Source of the DNA: Aulosira sp. ZfuVER01
GTDB taxonomy: Bacteria; Cyanobacteriota; Cyanobacteriia; Cyanobacteriales; Nostocaceae
Assembly: GCA_034530615.2 (NCBI GenBank)
Contig: JAVRCV020000031.1
Span: forward strand, 128,001 to 192,000
Length of the DNA: 64,000 nucleotides
Direction of reading: 5' to 3'
In this document: positions 30,954 through 41,263 of the stretch, piece after piece
How the letters are laid out: every line of letters begins with the position of its first letter
Position numbering within the stretch: position 1 is the stretch's first letter
Notes under the pieces: generated by a model
The model's input: only the letters and a program-made list of their open reading frames with translations
The model's database searches: none
Told to the model about the DNA's origin: nothing
Program-made: the position numbers and the translations under genes

Positions 30954-32942
30954 ATGCTAGAACAAGGAACCATCAGTATTCATACTGAAAATATATTCCC
31001 GATTATCAAGAAGTCCCTCTACTCCGACCACCAAATATTCTTGCGGGAACTGGTATCCAACGCTGTAGACGCCATCCAAAAGCTAAAAATGGTATCCCGT
31101 GCGGGGGATTATGCTGGAGATATCGGCGAACCAGAAATCGAAATTTCTATAGATAAAAATAAAAAGACCCTCTCCATCTCCGACAATGGTATCGGAATGA
31201 CAGCAGAGGAAGTGAAAAAATACATCAATCAGGTTGCTTTTTCTAGCGCCGAAGAATTTATTCACAAATATCAAGGCAAATCAGATCAACCAATTATCGG
31301 CCACTTCGGTCTTGGCTTCTATTCCTCCTTCATGGTGGCGCAAAAAGTCGAAATTGATACTCTCTCTTATCAAGAAGGAGCGCAGGCAGTACACTGGTCT
31401 TGTGATGGTTCTCCAGAGTTTACGTTAGATGAATCATCCCGTACAACTCGCGGTACTACGATTACCCTGACCCTGCAAGCTGAAGAAGAGGAATATTTAG
31501 AATCAGCACGGATTAAGTCTCTTGTCAATACATATTGTGACTTCATGCCAGTACCGATCAAACTGGAAGGTGAAGTATTAAATAGGCAAAAAGCACCTTG
31601 GCGAGAGTCTCCTAGTAACCTGAGCAAAGAAGATTATCTAGAGTTCTATCGCTATCTCTATCCTTTTCAGGAAGAACCACTACTTTGGGTGCATCTAAAT
31701 ACAGACTATCCCTTTATTATCAATGGGATTTTGTATTTTCCCAAAATGAAACCCGATGTTGATGTGACTAAGGGGCAGATTAAGCTATTTTGCAATCAAG
31801 TTTTTGTCAGCGACAACTGCGAAGAAATTATCCCGCAATTTCTTATGCCAATGCGGGGTGTAATTGATAGCACCGATATTCCCCTCAATGTTTCGCGGAG
31901 TGCATTGCAAGGCGATCGCACTGTCCGTAAAATCGGTGACTACATTGCGAAGAAAGTAGGCGATCGCCTCAAAGAACTTTACCGCGACAACCGCGAACAA
32001 TACATTAGCGCTTGGAAAGACCTCGGCACTTTTGTCAAATTTGGTGTTCTCAACGACGAGAAATTTAAAAAGCAAGTCGAAGACATTATCATCTTCCGCA
32101 CCACCGCCAAAGTTGCCGAAAAAGCTGCGGCTGATACTCCAGCAGTAGAAGTACAGTCTTCAGAAGGAGATGTTTGGCAAGATGTCACCCCAACTTCACC
32201 TAGTGCAGAAGATTCAGTAACCAGTATTCCTTATACTACGCTTAAAGAATACTTAGAACGCAACAAAGAGCGTCACGAAAACAAGGTTTTCTACTGTACT
32301 GATGAAGCCTCACAAGCTACATACGTAGAATTACATAAAAATCAAGGATTAGAAGTCCTATTTATGGACTCCTTCATCGATACCCACTTCATCAACTTCC
32401 TAGAACGAGAATATAAAGATGTCAAATTTACACGGGTAGACTCCGACTTGGATAATACCCTGTTAGATCAAGATAAAGCTGGGGAAATCGTAGATCCGAC
32501 GACCAACAAAACTAAGAGTGAGGTCATCAAAGAGTTATTTGAGAAAGCCCTCAACAAGCCTAGACTAAATATCCGCACTGAAGCTTTGAAATCGGATAAT
32601 CCCCAAGGGACACCACCAGCAATGGTACTACTACCAGAGATTCTCCGTCGTCTGCGGGAAATGAACGCCATGATGCAGCAGCAAACCACCGAGTTTCCTG
32701 AAGATCATATTTTGCTAGTAAATACTGCTCACCCTCTAATTCAAAATCTTGCGAATCTCAGCCAAGGTAGTATTATCCAAGGTGATGGTATGTCTCCCAC
32801 AGCGCAATTAGTGAACATGATTTGCCAACACGTCTACGATTTAGCGCTGATGTCCCAGAAAGGATTTGACGGTGAAGGAATGAAATCCTTTGTTGAGCGT
32901 TCCAATGAAGTGTTAACCAAACTCACCCAACAAGTTAGCTAA
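30954..32942 (+). CDS. htpG: Molecular chaperone HtpG (Hsp90)
   Basis: FLRELVSNAVDA, DNGIGM, IGHFGLGFYS, PLNVSRS. Confidence 0.98.
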   Translation: MLEQGTISIHTENIFPIIKKSLYSDHQIFLRELVSNAVDAIQKLKMVSRAGDYAGDIGEPEIEISIDKNKKTLSISDNGIGMTAEEVKKYINQVAFSSAEEFIHKYQGKSDQPIIGHFGLGFYSSFMVAQKVEIDTLSYQEGAQAVHWSCDGSPEFTLDESSRTTRGTTITLTLQAEEEEYLESARIKSLVNTYCDFMPVPIKLEGEVLNRQKAPWRESPSNLSKEDYLEFYRYLYPFQEEPLLWVHLNTDYPFIINGILYFPKMKPDVDVTKGQIKLFCNQVFVSDNCEEIIPQFLMPMRGVIDSTDIPLNVSRSALQGDRTVRKIGDYIAKKVGDRLKELYRDNREQYISAWKDLGTFVKFGVLNDEKFKKQVEDIIIFRTTAKVAEKAAADTPAVEVQSSEGDVWQDVTPTSPSAEDSVTSIPYTTLKEYLERNKERHENKVFYCTDEASQATYVELHKNQGLEVLFMDSFIDTHFINFLEREYKDVKFTRVDSDLDNTLLDQDKAGEIVDPTTNKTKSEVIKELFEKALNKPRLNIRTEALKSDNPQGTPPAMVLLPEILRRLREMNAMMQQQTTEFPEDHILLVNTAHPLIQNLANLSQGSIIQGDGMSPTAQLVNMICQHVYDLALMSQKGFDGEGMKSFVERSNEVLTKLTQQVS

Positions 32943-33053
32943 TTCATGCCTTACAAGGATGGAGATCATCTCAAACCTCCCGATCTAAATCTTCACGCTA
33001 AAGCTCCTACAATAGAAAGGTTGTATTGAAATAGCAATCTGGAGAAACTGGCT

Positions 33054-33290
33054 ATGTCTCGTCGCTGTGAATTAACTGGTAAGAAGGCAAATAATGCTTT
33101 CGCAATTTCCCACTCCCATCGCCGTACTAAACGCCTTCAGCAAGCCAATTTGCAAAGCAAGCGCGTTTGGTGGCCAAGTGGAAATCGCTGGGTAAAACTC
33201 AAGCTGTCTACCAAAGCAATCAAAACCTTGGAAACCAAAGGTATTGAAGCAATGGCCAAAGAAGCTGGAATTAACCTCAATCATTACTAA
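33054..33290 (+). CDS. rpmB: 50S ribosomal protein L28
   Basis: [26 protein letters not shown]. Confidence 0.98.
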   Translation: MSRRCELTGKKANNAFAISHSHRRTKRLQQANLQSKRVWWPSGNRWVKLKLSTKAIKTLETKGIEAMAKEAGINLNHY

Positions 33291-33521
33291 ACTGATGTGT
33301 ATATCGTATTAACTTGAGTTCGATGTATTGAACGGAACCCCTCTCCCTACAACAGAGCTACTGTGTACACATAAGCCCTATCGCTCTCAGGCTAGAAGCC
33401 TGGGGCTATAGGAACAAAATCCGTCTCCGCAGACTAAATGCAAAAACCTTGTCAAACAAGGCATTGACTCGCAACTTGAATTATTAAGTTTGTTCGGAGC
33501 TTGAAAATACTTACTCTGCAA

Positions 33522-33545
33522 CCTCCCCATTTTGGGGAGGTTTTA
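33522..33545 (+). terminator. Rho-independent terminator
   Basis: acctcccca-ttt-tggggaggt followed by a T-run. Confidence 0.7.
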
Positions 33546-34045
33546 CATTACTTAATATTATTTGATGAATTCCTGATATGTTTCCTTTAACAAGTGGGTA
33601 ATATAAGCTTACTCTGCTGACAACAACTTCATAAAGTTGCCTTCAGATGAAGTAGGTTTCTACAAAGTTAACGTAAAGATAAGCAGGAATTTTTCCTAAC
33701 CAGCTATGAATTAAATAATTTTGCAAAGTTCAGTATTTTCCTGATAAAAACGGAAAGCTGACCCATGATATAAATCGGACAAATCATAGTCTTTTATTTT
33801 TAAGCTGAAAGACATCAAATCTACATTCTCTAAAAACTAAATTGTTTATAACTTGAGCATTTTGTTCACCATAAATATGCAACCGCAATGCATATCATTT
33901 TACCGTGCTTTAGAGGCTTCAAAATTTGACTATCTAGCTAAATAAAAAAGTTAATTTTCTCTCTCTGGGTATACTTAACAGCTTTATTGCCCATAGAACA
34001 TCAATTTTCATCAAAGTAACAAATTACTTGACAGGAAAGCAAAAT

Positions 34046-37000
34046 ATGATTACAAAACGCCATCTAGTCAAGGCTCAAAAATTCCTTCTAAAAATTTGCA
34101 AGCAGTCTATTTCTGCAATTAAAAAGCAAATAATTTGGCTTCTCAGGACTCTTTTTCAGACGAGGAAAAGACGCGGCTCGGTGAATGCTGGTTTCGTCTT
34201 GCCAACAGTGGCAATGGTGGCACTGGTTGTTGTACTCCTAACAACTGCGATTTTATTTAGATCTTTTGAACGTTCAAAAAATGCTAGCAATGTTCGAGTA
34301 AATGAGGCGGTTCTTAATGCCGCAGCCCCAGCTATCGATCGTGCTAAATCTAAATTAAATAAGCTATTGTCAGATGCTACACTTCCGCGAGCTACACCCA
34401 CAGATACAGCTTTAGAAAGTATATTTAACGATACTACTAAGCGAAATGAATATACCTTGGGGGATGAAACTCAAGTCAAATTAACTAGTGGCACTGATAA
34501 CCTGCGCTCGGCATGGATGTACCCTGTAGATACGGATAATAACGGGCTATTTGATAGCTACACTCTGTATGGAATTTACTTCAAAAATCCTCCTGTCAGT
34601 GGTGGGGTATATACTCGTGCCAGAAATCCTATAGAAGCCAGAACTCCACCTATGGTAAATGGGGGAGCAGGTGACGCTTGTAAAGATACCAATGGTACCA
34701 GCGCAACTTTGGTGGGTAACTCTGGCTGGTTTAAAGTCGGCAGTAAGTTGAAAAAAGCTTTCTTTGTTTATACTGCCAATGTTCCCGTTACAAAAACTGG
34801 TACTCTCCCCGCAGGATATGAGCGCTATAAAGGCAATAAAGGCTTCTCGGCAATAGAATATCAGCAAGAGCGCGTACAACTACCGCTAGTTAACAATGCG
34901 GTTGTCTATGAAGATGATTTAGAAATGACCCCTGGTCCAAAACTAAACCTGAATGGACGGATTGTTACCAATAGTAACTTGCTTACAGGTAGCGGATTTC
35001 AACAAGTCACGCTTTATCAGGTCAGTAGCCCATATTCTTGTTTTTATGAAGCTGACAATGCAAAAGTTATTGTTGCTGGTAATGTAGGTGCAGGTACTTT
35101 CACCAGTGACGGTGGTGATTTAACCAACGGTACTTTGGTGCATTTATTCCAAGGTAAGGGAACTAGCCCCAATACTGCTACAGGTAATAATCTCAAAGAT
35201 AATAAATCTGTTAAGGACAACTCTACCACTTGGTCGGCTCAAATTGCTTACAACAGTTTAGCTTACGTAAAGCGTATCAATCGCTTGGTTGATGTTCAGA
35301 TAGCTAACGCTGCAAGTACTGACCCACAAGAGGTACAAAATGGCCCGGCTACAAAAACCCGTCGGGAACTGTTAGAACTTTATTTTAAAAAACGTACTCG
35401 CCGTGTTCCTTATGCAGAAGTCGCTTTTGACTCGGCTAACCCGTTAAAAGTAGGAAGTGGTACAGATTACGCAACAAATAGTCCACTGCAAGGTAGTGGT
35501 GATTCACTGCGTCCAGTAGACTCATGGGTTTTTCCCTTTGATCCTAGCGATGGGACAACCAAGACTGGTTATGCCAATTTAGACCTTAATAAAGCTAGTG
35601 GTGTGACCAATAGGATATTACCTCCGGCAACAGAGCCAACAAAGCTAGAAAAAGTTAAGCAAGGTAATGAAACCTTTGTAGGCGATCGCGTTGCAGTTGG
35701 TAATAATCTACCTGAATTATGGTGGGACAGCACAAAAAGTAAGTTTGTTGGGCCAAACACTGACGACACTCAACAAATTACTACTAATTACTGGGATAAT
35801 CCTGATAACGCCAATACTACCGATACTAGCGCTAATAACGTGCGTACTCGCCGCAGCCGGATTCAGCAATTGGCTGATTTAGGTGATATAGGACGAGATG
35901 GAGAATGGGAACTAGCCGCAGCAAAAATACCAGCTACCGCACAAGATCCAGTTGGTGGTTTGCGCGTTGTCACTGGTGCAGGGATTTATTTGCCAGCTGC
36001 TGCTACGGCTGCTACTACTACCTTCACTTCATACAGCACACAAATCTGGCCCGATCTAATGCCAGCTAAGTATGGCACAGTTCCTACAGCCATTAAACCT
36101 TTTGAATTTTACGGTCTGAATATTCAGTATGAAGTGCCCCAACCTGCTGCGAACACCCCATACTTGCAGATGCGGGCGACAGCAGTTTATCACTACAAAG
36201 GTACTAGCTATAACGAAACAAGCCCTACACCAATTGCTTGCGTAAGTAGTTACTATGACCCAACAAACAGCACAACTGCTAAGAATAAATCAACATTACC
36301 TTGGAATAATGTTACAGGAGGTAATTCCAACAACGGTATAGTTTATGGCCCTCCCACTTCAACCGTCAGTACTTATCAGAACTTACTGAACTACCAAGCA
36401 CAATTAACATATCCCAATGGACGCTTAGTGAATGAGCCACTCAAAAAGGCTTTAGATAAACTAACTGCGAGTGTTAGTCTTACACTCTCCGATAAGTCTG
36501 CTATTGACTCTGCACTTTGCGCCTTAGAAATTATGGACACTGCGACAGTTAAGACACCCAGTGATTCTGCTATTCCTCACGGTGCAATTAGGGAAACCAC
36601 CTTTTTAGATCCAAGGCAAATTCAGGCAATAGATGCAACTACAGGAAGCAAAAATTATGACCTGAATAAAAAAGACAGACAGCCTTTAGAAATTCGTGCG
36701 ACTGCATTAGATGTTGATGCGCTGCGGAAGAAAACAATTGGCTCAGGAACTCCACAGGAATACTTACTACCCAATAGCGGTATTATTTACGCTACTCGTG
36801 ATGATGCACTGCCAGACCAAAGTGCAGGTACTTCAGCAGCAGCAAAATTAGAAAACCCAGTTGATTTTAAACTCGATCCAACTCGTCGCCCCAACGGCAT
36901 TATGCTAGTTAACGGTTCAAAACTGTTCCGTGGTACGACAAATACTTATCGAGATGTAGAGAAAGGGCTGATTTTAGCTTCCAACTTGCCTGTGTACATC

Positions 37001-38479
37001 AAAGGTGACTTTAACTTACATACCCAACAAGAGTTTGGAACTGCTTCAGACACCACTGGTAATTTGGCAGATGATTGGAGTAACTTTTATACTCGTACCG
37101 CAGCTCAGCGAAATCCTGACTTTGCCTGTCGCCCAAACGATCCCAGGCTACCTAACTGTACTACTGGAGATGAATGGCGAGCTGCGGCTGTCTTAGCAGA
37201 TGCTGTTAGTTTGCTTTCCAAGAATTTTAGAGAAGGTTTCCGCAACGAGGGAGACTATGACTGGAAGCCTGTTGCTAGTAGTATTCCAGCCGACGTATCA
37301 GGCTATTTCTCAGCCATCAATAGCTACGTTCCTAAATTCCAATGGTACGACAGTACTGGTGTTCCCAAAGACTTGGTTACAGATGTTGCTGGTGACGCGA
37401 CGACAACAGGGTTTCAGGGTAGTTCCTACCTCCATAACTTTGTGACGCCAGTGATGAAATGGATACCAGTTCCAGAATTGTCGGTAGAAGTTTGTGTTCC
37501 AGATCCCGATCTACCTGCTGGTTCTCCTTGCGTATGGACTCTGACAACATCTAACAGTGGTAAGCCAGTAGGTAATCAGTATCCAGAAGGTCAACCAGGA
37601 AATTCAATCAAAACAGGTACATTAGCAAATCCAACATTTTTAGACCCCAGCAATCGATTTTATGGACAACCTTATAGAATTGCTTTTGTCCGTGATTCCA
37701 ATGGAAACTTGGTTACACCACTTAAGGTGCATGGGATTGAAGATGTTTCTAGTCCACCTTCTGGGAGAACTAAGCAATTTACAGTTACTAATGGCTTTAC
37801 CTTTGGCGCTGTAGGGAATGTCAAGGTAAGCTCAACTAACTTTATGCCTTGGTTAGAGCCAATTGTTAGTGGTAATAATATAACCTTTAAGCCAATTTTG
37901 CAAATTGACAACCCCTTTATTACTCCTACCAATCTTAGTCCTAGCCCCAGTAAAATTGACGTTGGAGTACATGGTAATTGGTTACAAATAGCCAAGGAAA
38001 CTACTTTCAATTTAATTATTGCAGCGGGAGATACCCCAGCTCGTTCCAAAGAAGATAATGGCGGTTTACACAACTTTCCTCGTTTTGTAGAGAACTGGAA
38101 CCCAACGGGAACGGTAAGCGATGCCATTAAAGCCAGAATTACTGGTTCCTTCATCCAAATCAAGCGCAGCGAATATGCAACTGCCCCATACATGGTATAT
38201 CTCTCAGACTCATCTAACGGATATGCGATGACCGCGAATTTAGCTGGTAAGATACCCTACTATCTTGCTCCGACACGGCAGTGGGGTTATGATGTGGCGC
38301 TGCTATCTCAAGCACCAGACAGGTTTGCCCAAAAATTGGTAAGAATACCAGACGATTTACCCGATGAATACTTCCGGGAAGTTGGTCGAGATGACAACTG
38401 GGTGAAGACTCTGTTATGTGCGAAGAAAGCCGACGATTCTTATGCCATTGATGCAGATCAACGTCCTGCTTGTAGCTAA
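34046..38479 (+). CDS. hpsA: Hormogonium polysaccharide biosynthesis protein HpsA (very large prepilin-like protein)
   Basis: AGFVLPTVAMV N-terminal motif, GGLHNFPRFVENW, EYFREVGRDDNWV. First gene of the pilin/GT cluster; RBS before the ATG at 34046. Confidence 0.88.
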   Translation: MITKRHLVKAQKFLLKICKQSISAIKKQIIWLLRTLFQTRKRRGSVNAGFVLPTVAMVALVVVLLTTAILFRSFERSKNASNVRVNEAVLNAAAPAIDRAKSKLNKLLSDATLPRATPTDTALESIFNDTTKRNEYTLGDETQVKLTSGTDNLRSAWMYPVDTDNNGLFDSYTLYGIYFKNPPVSGGVYTRARNPIEARTPPMVNGGAGDACKDTNGTSATLVGNSGWFKVGSKLKKAFFVYTANVPVTKTGTLPAGYERYKGNKGFSAIEYQQERVQLPLVNNAVVYEDDLEMTPGPKLNLNGRIVTNSNLLTGSGFQQVTLYQVSSPYSCFYEADNAKVIVAGNVGAGTFTSDGGDLTNGTLVHLFQGKGTSPNTATGNNLKDNKSVKDNSTTWSAQIAYNSLAYVKRINRLVDVQIANAASTDPQEVQNGPATKTRRELLELYFKKRTRRVPYAEVAFDSANPLKVGSGTDYATNSPLQGSGDSLRPVDSWVFPFDPSDGTTKTGYANLDLNKASGVTNRILPPATEPTKLEKVKQGNETFVGDRVAVGNNLPELWWDSTKSKFVGPNTDDTQQITTNYWDNPDNANTTDTSANNVRTRRSRIQQLADLGDIGRDGEWELAAAKIPATAQDPVGGLRVVTGAGIYLPAAATAATTTFTSYSTQIWPDLMPAKYGTVPTAIKPFEFYGLNIQYEVPQPAANTPYLQMRATAVYHYKGTSYNETSPTPIACVSSYYDPTNSTTAKNKSTLPWNNVTGGNSNNGIVYGPPTSTVSTYQNLLNYQAQLTYPNGRLVNEPLKKALDKLTASVSLTLSDKSAIDSALCALEIMDTATVKTPSDSAIPHGAIRETTFLDPRQIQAIDATTGSKNYDLNKKDRQPLEIRATALDVDALRKKTIGSGTPQEYLLPNSGIIYATRDDALPDQSAGTSAAAKLENPVDFKLDPTRRPNGIMLVNGSKLFRGTTNTYRDVEKGLILASNLPVYIKGDFNLHTQQEFGTASDTTGNLADDWSNFYTRTAAQRNPDFACRPNDPRLPNCTTGDEWRAAAVLADAVSLLSKNFREGFRNEGDYDWKPVASSIPADVSGYFSAINSYVPKFQWYDSTGVPKDLVTDVAGDATTTGFQGSSYLHNFVTPVMKWIPVPELSVEVCVPDPDLPAGSPCVWTLTTSNSGKPVGNQYPEGQPGNSIKTGTLANPTFLDPSNRFYGQPYRIAFVRDSNGNLVTPLKVHGIEDVSSPPSGRTKQFTVTNGFTFGAVGNVKVSSTNFMPWLEPIVSGNNITFKPILQIDNPFITPTNLSPSPSKIDVGVHGNWLQIAKETTFNLIIAAGDTPARSKEDNGGLHNFPRFVENWNPTGTVSDAIKARITGSFIQIKRSEYATAPYMVYLSDSSNGYAMTANLAGKIPYYLAPTRQWGYDVALLSQAPDRFAQKLVRIPDDLPDEYFREVGRDDNWVKTLLCAKKADDSYAIDADQRPACS

Positions 38480-38494
38480 TACTCCCTAGATTTC

Positions 38495-38527
38495 AGATCC
38501 CCGACTTCTCAGAGAAGCCGGGGATCT
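38495..38527. repeat. REP-like hairpin between hpsA and hpsB
   Basis: agatccccgacttctc-a-gagaagccggggatct. Confidence 0.75.
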
Positions 38528-38636
38528 ATAAGTACCAATGAGTGATGTATGAAAAGGGATAAGGGCGATGAGGTGGACAAGGAAGTAATGATGCCCAATG
38601 CCCACATCTTAAAAGTTGAGAAGTTGGTGAGTAATA

Positions 38637-39311
38637 ATGATTAAGCACAAAAAACAGCCAAAAATACTCAGATCTAATGAATCTGGTTTCACCATAATTG
38701 AATCCTTAATAGCGATGCTCGTTGCTGCTGTTTTATTGACAGCAGTAGCACCTGTAATTGTTTTGGCAACTGCGTCTCGCGTACAAGCAAGACGGATAGA
38801 ACTAGGAACTCAAGCGGCAAGAACATATATTGATGGTGTCAAAACAGGAGTTATTTCTTCTCCAGCAGCTACTGATACAGGCGTAACCTTAAATGGATCT
38901 GATCCTCCGACAGTAGGCAGTTTAACCTGTAGTGCCAATGCCTACTGTACTGTTCCTGCAACACCTGCCAACACTTTGTACTGTATCGATGGTGACAGTG
39001 ATGGTAGTTGTACAGTTGGCAATAATAAAGACTTGTTAGTTCAATCATTTCGCTATAACACCGCCTCTACTAGTGCTAATGCTGGCTACCAATTGGGTGT
39101 GCGAGTTTACAGAGCCGACGGATTTGACTCCAATGGCAACTTGAAAAAAGCACCTAGTAAACAAGCAACTTTCAGCGGCGGAATAGGCGATCGCAAAGCT
39201 CCATTAGTAGAAATGACAACTGCGATCGCCCCTCAATCAACTTCATTTAATGATTTGTGCAACCGCCTCAAAGATACAGGCAATTCAACTTCAAATACAG
39301 CTTGCAACTAA
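38637..39311 (+). CDS. hpsB: Minor pilin/pseudopilin HpsB
   Basis: G|FTIIE prepilin motif, YCIDGD, GYQLGVRVYRAD, KAPLVEMT. Confidence 0.85.
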   Translation: MIKHKKQPKILRSNESGFTIIESLIAMLVAAVLLTAVAPVIVLATASRVQARRIELGTQAARTYIDGVKTGVISSPAATDTGVTLNGSDPPTVGSLTCSANAYCTVPATPANTLYCIDGDSDGSCTVGNNKDLLVQSFRYNTASTSANAGYQLGVRVYRADGFDSNGNLKKAPSKQATFSGGIGDRKAPLVEMTTAIAPQSTSFNDLCNRLKDTGNSTSNTACN

Positions 39312-39342
39312 GCGTCAACGTTTGGAATAGAGAATATTCAGC

Positions 39343-40368
39343 ATGAATGCAATCAAATTTCTGCTTGGTATCCAGATTAAACGCTCTAAGTTGGTTCAAG
39401 AAGGCGGTTTTACCCTAATTGAACTGCTGGTAGCCATGATCATAGCTGTGCTTGTAATCACACCTTTGCTCGGATTTATGGTTAACATTTTAAACACAGA
39501 TCGCCAAGAGCAAGCAAAGGCAAGTTCCGAACAAGAAATCCAAACCGCACTTGATTATATTTCTCGTGATTTACAACAGGCAGTATACATCTATGATGCT
39601 AATGGAATAAGCACTCTCGTTTCCAGTACTCCCAGCAGTTCTACTACATCACAACTCCCTGTTGTTACAGGTGGGGTTCCTGTACTTGTTTTTTGGAAAC
39701 GAGAGTTTATTGGGCAGGTACTTACAGCAGCAGACACGAATAAAGATGATACTTTCGTTTACTCACTAGTTGCCTACTACTTAATTAAAGACACTAATTC
39801 TACTTGGTCTAATGCTGCTCGTATTGCTAGATGGCAAATTAGAGACGGTGTACCCGTTGGCAGTGGCGGTGTCGATTGTGCTGGATATAGTGGCAAGTAT
39901 GTGAGTAGTAGTTATTGCCCTAGTTCCGGTTTTTCTTCATTTAACCTCGAAGGAGTTGGCACTCTAGAGCAAAAAATGAATACCTGGACAAAGCTAGGCT
40001 CTTATACAACAACTACTACTAATCCAGATGGAACTAAAACGACACAGACTACAACTGTAACTCCTGGCTCTCCTATAGTACTAATGGATTACATAGATCA
40101 AACTACTACTGGAGCGCCATCTGCAACATGCTCTTCTGGTTCAAAAGTACCACAAGACGTTGCAAATTTAAGCACTGTAGCTACACTTAACATCACAAGC
40201 TTTTATGCTTGTGTAGATAGAGTGAACACAACAGCACAAGTATTTTTACGAGGCAATGCACTTGCTCGCTTACGAAACACCAACCTAAGTTATGCAGATA
40301 GTAGAAAAAATTATTTTCCTACTGCAAGTGTACGAGTACAAGGACGTGGATTTTTGTTCACAAAGTAA
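39343..40368 (+). CDS. hpsC: Minor pilin/pseudopilin HpsC
   Basis: G|FTLIE, ALDYISRDLQQAVYIYD, VPVLVFWKR, LRGNALAR. Confidence 0.85.
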   Translation: MNAIKFLLGIQIKRSKLVQEGGFTLIELLVAMIIAVLVITPLLGFMVNILNTDRQEQAKASSEQEIQTALDYISRDLQQAVYIYDANGISTLVSSTPSSSTTSQLPVVTGGVPVLVFWKREFIGQVLTAADTNKDDTFVYSLVAYYLIKDTNSTWSNAARIARWQIRDGVPVGSGGVDCAGYSGKYVSSSYCPSSGFSSFNLEGVGTLEQKMNTWTKLGSYTTTTTNPDGTKTTQTTTVTPGSPIVLMDYIDQTTTGAPSATCSSGSKVPQDVANLSTVATLNITSFYACVDRVNTTAQVFLRGNALARLRNTNLSYADSRKNYFPTASVRVQGRGFLFTK

Positions 40369-40409
40369 ATCTGGAAATAACAGCACTAATTTATTAATGA
40401 CAGGTTAGT

Positions 40410-41048
40410 ATGAACAAGTTTGTTGGCAAGTTATTACCCAGAAGTAGCAGTAAAACCGACTCCAAGGATTTATTGGCTGCACAGCAAGATGCTGGCTTTA
40501 CTCTGTTAGAAGTCATAGTAGTAGTATTAATTGTAGGAATTTTAGCTGCGATCGTTGCTCCTGGCTGGCTGGGTTTTGTTAACCGACAACGGGTAAATAA
40601 AGCTAATGATACTGTTGTAGCTGCACTACAGGAAGCTCAAAGGCAGGCAAAAAGAACCAAACGTAACTACAGCGTTAGTTTTGGAATTAACAGCAACATT
40701 CCTCAAATTGCGGTTTATCCCGGTACAACACCAAGTAATTGGCAAAATTTGGGTGGAGACTTAGGAATTAAATCCAAGCAAATTTTATTGGGTGCAAATC
40801 TTAGTGCAGTAAATACTACTACTTCTAGTAGTACCGTATCTTATAGCTTAACTACACCAGTAACTATTACTTATGATTACATGGGAATTTTGCCAAATGC
40901 AGACTTTGGTGGAACAGCGGGTTTGAAAATTGTAGTAGCTGTACCTAATGCAGCAAACCCTACACAAGCTAGTAGCGTTAAGAGATGCGTAATTGTAAAC
41001 ACTCTTTTAGGCTCGATGCTAACTGCAAAAGATAGTGACTGTAGTTAA
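40410..41048 (+). CDS. hpsD: Prepilin-type (FimT/GspH-like) minor pilin, HpsD position
   Basis: G|FTLLE, APGWLGF, KRCVIVNTLLG. Confidence 0.8.
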   Translation: MNKFVGKLLPRSSSKTDSKDLLAAQQDAGFTLLEVIVVVLIVGILAAIVAPGWLGFVNRQRVNKANDTVVAALQEAQRQAKRTKRNYSVSFGINSNIPQIAVYPGTTPSNWQNLGGDLGIKSKQILLGANLSAVNTTTSSSTVSYSLTTPVTITYDYMGILPNADFGGTAGLKIVVAVPNAANPTQASSVKRCVIVNTLLGSMLTAKDSDCS

Positions 41049-41263
41049 AAAATTTTGCTTTTGCATAAAAAACATCATAAAACCAGTATAACCACGGTAC
41101 AGAAAACTGCTTTTTGATCGCAAAATTGAGACATAAAGAGCAGTTTTTTGTTTTATTTGATTTTTGATTACTGTTACTAAATTAACTACTGAACACACTT
41201 GATTACATGTGTGCGACTTACTAGTTGAACCCAAATACCTTGATAATAATTAATTCGTGGATT

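Noticed and set aside
37672..38193. 173-aa minus-strand ORF
   Set aside because: Antisense shadow within hpsA.
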